Below, one piece after another: positions 58,901 to 64,000 of a stretch of DNA of 64,000 nt. The DNA is from Candidatus Poriferihabitaceae bacterium (lineage in GTDB: Bacteria; Pseudomonadota; Gammaproteobacteria; Arenicellales; Poriferihabitantaceae): the NCBI GenBank assembly GCA_965243285.1, contig OZ251537.1, forward strand, positions 1,161,019-1,225,018. The letters are read 5' to 3'. Position numbers and translations under genes: made by a program. The notes below the pieces were generated by a model, which saw only the letters and a list, made by a program, of their open reading frames with translations, made no database searches and was not told where the DNA came from. Each line of letters opens with the position of its first letter. Position 1 is the stretch's first letter.

Positions 58901-61900
58901 GTGAAAACCAGCCCGGCCGGCAGTTTGCGGTCGCTGGCATCGCCGCCGGGACCCACTAGGCTATAGGTCACATCGCCTGTGCTGCCGGCGGCCACTAGCG
59001 GCAAGGTCAAGGGTTCAATTTCCACTTGCAGGGTGTAGGTCTGCTCGGCGGTCGGCACTTCGGTGGCGAAAGTGGGCCCGGTGATGGCGATATCGAACAT
59101 GGCCGATGTCGTATTGCCGCCGGCGTCGGCGGCGGTGTAGGTCAGGGCGATGGCGGCGAGGGGGTAGCGTGGCGTGCCGCTCAATACGCGGTTTTGGGCG
59201 TCGAAATTCAGGCCGATGGGGAGTTTTAGGTCGGCCGGGGTGGATTCATTGAAATTCGGGCCGGTCAGGGTGTAATCCAGCGAATCATAGCCAGATTCCG
59301 CTTCCGGCAAGGTCAGCGGCGGGTCGATTAAGCCGCCGGCCGGGTAGGTTTGGGCGGTCTCGGCCAGGGTTCGATTGGCGGTGGTGAAATTCGGGCCGGT
59401 GATGGTTACGGTGAACATCGCCGTCACGGTGTTATCGCCGGCGTCGGTGGCGGTGTAAGTGAGCGTGATGGGCGTGACCGTCGCCTCGCCGCTCGGCGTG
59501 CCGCTTAATTCTCGGTTATCGGCATCGAAATCCAGCCCGGCCGGCAGTTTTAGGTCGGACGGGGCGTCGGTGGCGTTATAGCCAGGCCCGGTCAGGGTGT
59601 AATCCAGCGAATCATAGCCAGATTCCGCTTCCGGCAAGGTCAGCGGCGGGTCGATTAAGCCGCCGGCCGGGTAATTTCGTGCCATTTCCGCCAGCATTCG
59701 GTCGGCATCGGCGAACATCGGGCCGGTGATGGTTACATCGAACATCGCCACCACCGAGTTGCCGCCGGCATCGACGGCGGTGTAAATCAGCGTCATCTCC
59801 CCGGCCTCGCCGCTCGGCGTGCCGCTTAATTCTCGGTTGTCGGCATCGAACATCAGCCCGGCCGGCAGTTTTAGGTCGGCCGGGGCGGCGGCGTCGTAAC
59901 CGGGCCCGGTCAGGGTGTATTCCAGCGTGGCGTAGCCAGATTCCGCCTCCGGCAAGATCAGCGGCGGGTCGATTTCGCCGCCGGCCGGGTAATTTCGTGC
60001 CATTTCCGCCAGCATTCGGTCGGCATCGGCGAACATCGGACCGGTGATGGTCACATCGAACATCGCCACCGCCGAATTAGCGCCGCCGCCTTGGGCGGTG
60101 TAAATCAGCGTGATGGGCGTGGCGGCGGCGGTGGGCGTGCCGCTCAATACTCGGTCGTCAGCATCGAAATCCAGCCCGGCGGGGAGTTTTAGGTCGGCCG
60201 GGTCGGTGGCGGCGTCATAGCCCGGCCCGGTCAGCGTATAAACCAGCGAGGCATAGCCGAATTCCACCGCCGGTAAGGTCAACGGGGCGATTAATCCGCC
60301 GGCCGGGTAGATTTTATCCACCAGCAGCGCCAGGTCGGCGACGGTGAAGGCGAGGGCGGCGATGGTGATGGGAAATTCCGCCGTCACCGAGTTGCCGCCG
60401 GCATCGGTGGCGGTATAGGTGAGGTTCATGGCCGCCATGGGCGTGCTCGGTGTGCCGCTCAATGTTCGGCTGGCGGGGTTGAATTCCAGCCCGGCGGGCA
60501 GTTTTAGGTCGATGGGGTCATCGGTGGCGACATAGCCCGGCCCGGTCAGGGTGTAATCCAGGGAAGCATAGCCAGATTCCGCCGCCGGCAAGGTCAGCGG
60601 CGGGTCGATTTCGCCGCCGGCCGGGTAAATTCGTGCCGTCTCGGCCAGCGTTCGATTGTCGGCGGTGAACATGGGGCCGGTTACGGTGAGGGTGAACATC
60701 GTCATCGCCGTGTTGCCGCCGGCGGTGGCGGTGTAGGTGAGCAAGGTCGCCGCCGCCGTCGTCGGCGTGCCGGTCAACTGCCGATTCGATGGGGTGAAAA
60801 CCAGCCCGGCGGGTAGTTTCAGGTCGGACGGGTCGGATTCTTCGAAATCAGGCCCGGTCAGGCGGTAGATGGCATCGTCGCTATCGCCGCCGGTGGCGGT
60901 CGGCAGGATGATGGCGGCGAGCGCCATGCCAGCCGGGTGGTCGGGCGGGTTGGCGATGGCGGCTATGGATAAGGATGAATTGACCCGAACGCTGAAGGTC
61001 ACCGATGAGATGGCGTTGTCGTCCTCGGCGCTGTAGGTGAGTTCGGTGGTGGCCACAGTGGTCGGCACGCCGCTCAATTCTCGGTCGGCTTCGGTGAAAA
61101 CCAGCCCGGCCGGCAGTTTGCGGTCGGTGGCATCGCCGCCGGGGCCGACTAGGCTATAGGTCACATCGCCTACGCTGCTGCCGGCGGCGACTTCCGGCAA
61201 GGTCAGGGTGTCAATTTCTACTTGCAGGGTGTAAGTCCGCCCGGCCAACGGCACATCGGCGGCGGCGAAAGTGGGGCCGGTGATGGCGATATCGAACATG
61301 GCCGATGTCGTATTGCCGGCGGCGTCGGCGGCGGTGTAGGTCAGGGCGATGGCGGCGAGGGGATAGAGCGGCGTGCCGCCCAATACGCGGTTTTGGGCGT
61401 CGAAATTCAGGCCGATGGGGAGTTTTAGGTCGGCCGGGGCGTCGGCGGCGTTATAACCAGGCCCGGTCAGGGTGTAATCCAGCGAATCATAGCCAGATTC
61501 CGCCTCCGGCAAGATCAGCGGCGGGTCGATTAAGCCGCCGGCCGGGTAATTTCGTGCCATTTCCGCCAGGGTTCGATTGGCGGTGGTGAAATTTGGGCCG
61601 GTGATGGTTACGGTGAACATCGCCGTCACGGTGTTATCGCCGGCGTCGGTGGCGGTGTAGGTGAGCGTGATGGGCGTGACCGTCGCCTCGCCGCTCGGCG
61701 TGCCGCTTAATTCTCGGTTATCGGCATCGAAATCCAGCCCGGCCGGCAGTTTTAGGTCGGACGGGGCGGCGGCGTTATAACCGGGGCCGGTCAGGGTGTA
61801 ATCCAGCGAATCATAGCCAGATTCCGCTTCCGGCAAGGTCAGCGGCGGGTCGATTAAGCCGCCGGCCGGGTAATTTCGTGCCATTTCCGCCAGCATTCGG

Positions 61901-64000
61901 TCGGCATCGGCGAACATCGGGCCGGTGATGGTTACATCGAACATCGCCACCACCGAGTTGCCGCCGGCATCGACGGCGGTGTAAATCAGCGTCATCTCCC
62001 CGGCCTCGCCGCTCGGCGTGCCGCTTAATTCTCGGTTGTCGGCATCGAACATCAGCCCGGCCGGCAGTTTTAGGTCGGACGGGGCGTCGGTGGCGTTATA
62101 GCCAGGCCCGGTCAGGGTGTAATCCAGCGAATCATAGCCAGATTCCGCTTCCGGCAAGGTCAGCGGCGGGTTGATTAAGCCGCCGGCCGGGTAATTTCGT
62201 GCCATTTCCGCCAGCATTCGGTCGGCATCGGCGAACATCGGGCCGGTGATGGTTACATCGAACATCGCCGCCGCCGAGTTGCCGCCGGCGTCGGCGGCGG
62301 TGTAGGTCAGCGTCATCTCCCCGGCCTCGCCGCTCGGCGTGCCGCTCAATACTCGCTCGTCAGCATCGAAATCCAGCCCGGCGGGGAGTTTTAGGTCGGT
62401 GGGGTCGGTGGTGGCGTTATAGCCCGGCCCGGTCAGCGTATAAACCAGCGAGGCATAGCCGAATTCCACCGTAGGTAAGGTCAACGGGGCGATTAATCCG
62501 CCGGCCGGGTAGATTTTATCCACCAGCAGCGCCAGGTCGGCGACGGTGAAGGCGAGGGCGGCGATGGTGATGGGAAATTCCGCCGTCACCGAGTTGCCGC
62601 CGGCATCGGTGGCGGTATAGGTGAGGTTCATGGCCGCCATGGGCGTGCTCGGTGTGCCGCTCAATGTTCGGCTGGCGGGGTTGAATTCCAGCCCGGCGGG
62701 CAGTTTTAGGTCGATGGGGTCATCGGTGGCGACATAGCCCGGCCCGGTCAGGGTGTAATCCAGGGAAGCATAGCCAGATTCCGCCGCCGGCAAGATCAGC
62801 GGCGGGTCGATTTCGCCGCCGGCCGGGTAAATTCGTGCCGTCTCGGCCAGCGTTCGATTGTCGGCGGTGAACATGGGGCCGGTTACGGTGAGGGTGAACA
62901 TCGTCATCGCCGTGTTGCCGCCGGCGGTGGCGGTGTAGGTGAGCAAGGTCGCCGCCGCCGCCGTCGGCGTGCCGGTCAACTGCCGATTCGATGGGGTGAA
63001 AACCAGCCCGGCGGGTAGTTTCAGGTCGGACGGGTCGGTGGCGGCATCGAAATCAGGCCCGGTCAGGCGGTAGATGGCATCGTCGCTATCGCCGCCGGTG
63101 GCGGTCGGCAGGATGATGGCGGCGAGCGCCATGCCAGCCGGGTGGTCGGGCGGGTTGGCGATGGCGGCGATGGATAAGGATGAATTGACCCGAACGCTGA
63201 AGGTCACCGATGAGGTGGCGTTGTCGTCCTCGGCGCTGTAGGTGAGTTCGGTGGTGGCCACAGTGGTCGGCACGCCGCTCAATTCTCGGTCGGCTTCGGT
63301 GAAAACCAGCCCGGCCGGCAGTTTGCGGTCGGTGGCATCGCCGCCGGGGCCGACTAGGCTATAGGTCACATCGCCTACGCTACTGCCGGCGGCGACTTCC
63401 GGCAAGGTCAGGGTGTCAATTTCCACTTGCAGGGTGTAAGTCCGCCCGGCCAACGGCACATCGGCGGCGGCGAAAGTCGGGCCGGTGATGGCGATATCGA
63501 ACATGGCCGATGTCGTATTGCCGGCGGCGTCGGCGGCGGTGTAGGTCAGGGCGATGGCGGCGAGGGGGTAGCGTGGCGTGCCGCTCAATACGCGGTTTTG
63601 GGCGTCGAAATTCAGGCCGATGGGGAGTTTTAGGTCGTCCGGGGCGTCGGTGGCGTTATAGCCCGGCCCGGTCAGGGTGTAATGCAGCGAAGCATAGCCA
63701 GATTCCGCCGCCGGCAAGGTCAGCGGCGGGTCGATTAATCCGCCGGCGGGGTAGGTTTGGGCGGTCTCGGCCAGCGTTCGATTGGCGGTGGTGAAATCAG
63801 GGCCGGTGATGGTTACGGTGAACATCGCCGTCACGGTGTTATCGCCGGCGTCGGTGGCGGTGTAGGTCAGCGTGGTCACCCCGGCCTCGCCGCTCGGCGT
63901 GCCGCCCAATACTCGCTCGTCAGCATCGAAATCCAGCCCGGCCGGCAGTTTCAGGTCGGACGGGGCGTCGGTGGCGTTATAGCCCGGCCCGGTCAGGGTG
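52966..64000 (-). CDS. Giant autotransporter adhesin, 5'-partial (over 3600 aa within the window)
   Basis: Same domain grammar as 6252-11798 (..YTLTGPGY....DLKLPAGL.F....R.LSGTP..). C-terminal barrel ends ...FKGEARF. The frame stays open and repeat-like to the window end. Confidence 0.85.
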   Translation of the reverse strand, partial: TLTGPGYNATDAPSDLKLPAGLDFDADERVLGGTPSGEAGVTTLTYTATDAGDNTVTAMFTVTITGPDFTTANRTLAETAQTYPAGGLIDPPLTLPAAESGYASLHYTLTGPGYNATDAPDDLKLPIGLNFDAQNRVLSGTPRYPLAAIALTYTAADAAGNTTSAMFDIAITGPTFAAADVPLAGRTYTLQVEIDTLTLPEVAAGSSVGDVTYSLVGPGGDATDRKLPAGLVFTEADRELSGVPTTVATTELTYSAEDDNATSSVTFSVRVNSSLSIAAIANPPDHPAGMALAAIILPTATGGDSDDAIYRLTGPDFDAATDPSDLKLPAGLVFTPSNRQLTGTPTAAAATLLTYTATAGGNTAMTMFTLTVTGPMFTADNRTLAETARIYPAGGEIDPPLILPAAESGYASLDYTLTGPGYVATDDPIDLKLPAGLEFNPASRTLSGTPSTPMAAMNLTYTATDAGGNSVTAEFPITIAALAFTVADLALLVDKIYPAGGLIAPLTLPTVEFGYASLVYTLTGPGYNATTDPTDLKLPAGLDFDADERVLSGTPSGEAGEMTLTYTAADAGGNSAAAMFDVTITGPMFADADRMLAEMARNYPAGGLINPPLTLPEAESGYDSLDYTLTGPGYNATDAPSDLKLPAGLMFDADNRELSGTPSGEAGEMTLIYTAVDAGGNSVVAMFDVTITGPMFADADRMLAEMARNYPAGGLIDPPLTLPEAESGYDSLDYTLTGPGYNAAAPSDLKLPAGLDFDADNRELSGTPSGEATVTPITLTYTATDAGDNTVTAMFTVTITGPNFTTANRTLAEMARNYPAGGLIDPPLILPEAESGYDSLDYTLTGPGYNAADAPADLKLPIGLNFDAQNRVLGGTPLYPLAAIALTYTAADAAGNTTSAMFDIAITGPTFAAADVPLAGRTYTLQVEIDTLTLPEVAAGSSVGDVTYSLVGPGGDATDRKLPAGLVFTEADRELSGVPTTVATTELTYSAEDDNAISSVTFSVRVNSSLSIAAIANPPDHPAGMALAAIILPTATGGDSDDAIYRLTGPDFEESDPSDLKLPAGLVFTPSNRQLTGTPTTAAATLLTYTATAGGNTAMTMFTLTVTGPMFTADNRTLAETARIYPAGGEIDPPLTLPAAESGYASLDYTLTGPGYVATDDPIDLKLPAGLEFNPASRTLSGTPSTPMAAMNLTYTATDAGGNSVTAEFPITIAALAFTVADLALLVDKIYPAGGLIAPLTLPAVEFGYASLVYTLTGPGYDAATDPADLKLPAGLDFDADDRVLSGTPTAAATPITLIYTAQGGGANSAVAMFDVTITGPMFADADRMLAEMARNYPAGGEIDPPLILPEAESGYATLEYTLTGPGYDAAAPADLKLPAGLMFDADNRELSGTPSGEAGEMTLIYTAVDAGGNSVVAMFDVTITGPMFADADRMLAEMARNYPAGGLIDPPLTLPEAESGYDSLDYTLTGPGYNATDAPSDLKLPAGLDFDADNRELSGTPSGEATVTPITLTYTATDAGDNTVTAMFTVTITGPNFTTANRTLAETAQTYPAGGLIDPPLTLPEAESGYDSLDYTLTGPNFNESTPADLKLPIGLNFDAQNRVLSGTPRYPLAAIALTYTAADAGGNTTSAMFDIAITGPTFATEVPTAEQTYTLQVEIEPLTLPLVAAGSTGDVTYSLVGPGGDASDRKLPAGLVFTEADRELSGVPTTVATTELTYSIQDANATSSATFSVRVNPTLALAVIPTPPAHPAGMALAAIDLPPATGGGSGAAVYRLTGPNFDESDPTDLKLPAGLVFTPSNRQLSGTPTAAAATLLTYTATAGGNTAMTMFTLTVTGPMFTAENLALAETDQTYAAGGAIDPPLTLPEAESGYATLDYTLTGPGYTAPADQPDLKLPIGLVFDVDNRVLSGSPTTSAAEMMLTYTATDAGGNATVAMFDVTITGPRFTTADQTLAETAQIYPAGGLIDPPLTLPTAEFDYTGLIYTLTGPGYDATATPADLKLPAGLNFDPSNRVLSGTPTTSAAAVTLTYSVTEPSAAANATAMFAVTITGPRFTTADRTLAETAQIYPAGGLIDPPLTLPAAEFDYVGLIYALTGPGYDATATPADLKLPAGLAFDPSNRVLSGTPTTSAAAITLTYSVTEPGAAANATAMFAVTITGPAFTAADQTLAETAQIYPAGGLIDPPLTLPAAEFDYTGLIYALTGPGYDATATPADLKLPAGLNFDPSNRVLSGTPTTSAAAVTLTYSVTEPGAAANATAMFAVTITGPRFTTADRTLAETAQIYPAGGLIDPPLTLPTAEFDYTGLIYTLTGPGYDATATPADLKLPAGLNFDPSNRVLSGTPTTSAAAVTLTYSVTEPGAAANATAMFTVTITGPRFTTADQTLAETAQIYPAGGLIDPPLTLPTAEFDYTGLIYTLTGPGYDATDAPADLKLPAGLNFDPSNRVLSGTPTTSAAAITLTYSVTEPGAAANATAMFTVTITGPAFTTADRTLAEMPQNYPVGGQIAPLTLPMAESGYATLDYTLLGESGEALAAVLPGLAFNADGQRILRGTPTRAVQAAALVYTATDDGGNAADLTFRVSVGRVFVDADGQPVSAGFELTFAAGDTITHTLPTASGGGSPYYRLLGANLEAIGDAVPGLTFDDDTLILSGTPRTAEGVNVVYSVAEVATDAGNPEGEVTLNFSILITGPQLAALPDLRLSVGQSAPQTLPPAASAALPLTYALTGPGYAAAAPDDLKLPAGLAFDAAERVLSGRPQAEGVTAVLYTITDRYGNVFEAQFDIDVTELVFAGAPLEDKNYPAGVAIIDLTLPAASGNVGILSYTLFGPGGTVAAPNLPPGLAFEARSRVLSGTPQSAVARLTYTAADSMSSISAIFTLTIVAAPVFAADLPLANQTYVAGGSIDPPLTLPIASGAPDYTLTAEGAEVDSVLAGLMFDAANRVLSGTPAAAMEAAVTLTYVATDAHGATATAMFSVLIRRGFSEDLPSAEATAYTPGQMVALTLPLATGGGDIEYSLTGPNGTDLSEADAALIFEPSDDNRLVFDAADRRLSGMLDKAGSIRLTYRAGPAAGGAGASTAGFAAAGAGFAAAANGGLTIIGTIDITVNGPAFTTEQLAQLPASTYYPVDVAIDPLTLPTASAVDGLAYLYTLTGPGNAAVGGAVPGLSFDASNRILSGTPSARNVQAMLTYAAADQYGNMASANFEVTTTAEAATATAAAINKILLPEAARVIADSAITAVTTRLAEAGGGAQFAIGGQSSMAGLLARHGASATAEDFDSRKMLAGSAFSWSGKNDADGGASAIALWGRGEYREMSGQSAAVNYRGTLRGFHLGADARVRDGVRAGASVSQLRSAVDYTDGGAGLGDGAQTIDMTSVHPYLGWRVAAVDLWALVGLGEGEVETTPAGQARVSNRLDMRSISLGLGGDLWPERALNLRLKGEASSSRLEVAADDAIAAQVVQTSRVRLAVEASQTIAVASGSIAPALEIGLHHSGGAGGRGTLTEFGAGLRYHNRAAHLAAHGRVRALLGTDGNYREWGIQGSLGLQPGADGQGLSMRLTSGYGDSGSSVQQLWRALPAASVSSAADSAAGNAAAEPASADYRARLEARFGYGLSLRRHPGLLTPYSEFTIGETPSHRIGIQWRPDDSLLTFNLLGEHRDHTTGAASAIVFKGEARF
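56500..58180 (-). repeat. About 5-6 near-identical 324-nt (108-aa) tandem domain repeats inside the adhesin gene (approximate bounds)
   Basis: The protein shows repeated ...FTTADRTLAETAQIYPAGGLIDPPLTLP.AEFDY.GLIY.LTGPGYDATATPADLKLPAGLNFDPSNRVLSGTPTTSAAA.TLTYSVTEPGAAANATAMF.VTITGP. Shadow ORFs recur at 56988/57312/57960 (offsets 324 and 648). Confidence 0.85.
58990..64000 (-). repeat. ~2.2-kb (about 7-domain) tandem super-repeat, at least 2 full periods, continuing beyond the window (approximate bounds)
   Basis: Near-identical shadow ORFs at 59026, 61222 and 63427 (offsets 2196 and 2205) and at 61305/63510. Long protein blocks repeat almost verbatim. Confidence 0.85.

Overview
GC-rich proteobacterial chromosome segment with the tpiA-secG-tRNA-Leu(GAG)-nuoA..N synteny typical of beta- and some gammaproteobacteria. 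All calls rest on motif recognition in the ORF translations and on reading the DNA; no database search was possible. (1) All 14 nuo (complex I) genes are present in canonical order on the + strand (15466-44932). The operon is interrupted at four junctions by co-oriented, visibly AT-richer cassettes: nuoD|E holds a beta-class DNA methyltransferase plus a single-chain nuclease-methylase-specificity (Type IIG-like) enzyme; nuoF|G holds a string of tiny membrane-peptide ORFs; nuoI|J holds an M+R pair plus an acidic orphan; nuoK|L holds a 4-gene cassette followed by a third M+R pair. Two of the methyltransferase frames begin on the stop codons of nuoD and nuoI. (2) The best candidate for a new system is the 4-gene cassette at 32137-37268: a PP-loop ATPase of the PAPS-reductase/DndC type, a GHKL (Bergerat-fold) ATPase, and two proteins with no motif I recognise. 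It is bracketed by a ~40-nt direct repeat of the nuoK 3' end (32089-32128 and 37293-37331), which looks like an att-type duplication, and it carries no recombinase. (3) A family of ~0.4-0.7 kb nested-palindromic, microsatellite-filled intergenic elements occurs at four loci plus one decayed fragment. Its conserved two-hairpin core shows compensatory base-pair changes between copies. (4) Two giant autotransporter adhesins have cadherin/Ig-like repeat passengers. One is 1848 aa; the other is over 3600 aa, runs off the window, and contains 324-nt and ~2.2-kb tandem super-repeats. (5) Also present: a clean 146-bp MITE with 25-bp TIRs and an 8-bp TSD; a 12-nt-periodic repeat family found both in intergenic spacers and in frame inside housekeeping genes (ddl and nuoG; tpiA carries a separate low-complexity insertion); a tyrosine recombinase next to wrecked defense genes; several pseudogene remnants; and a corrinoid-methyltransferase pair (MttB family plus RACo-like activase).
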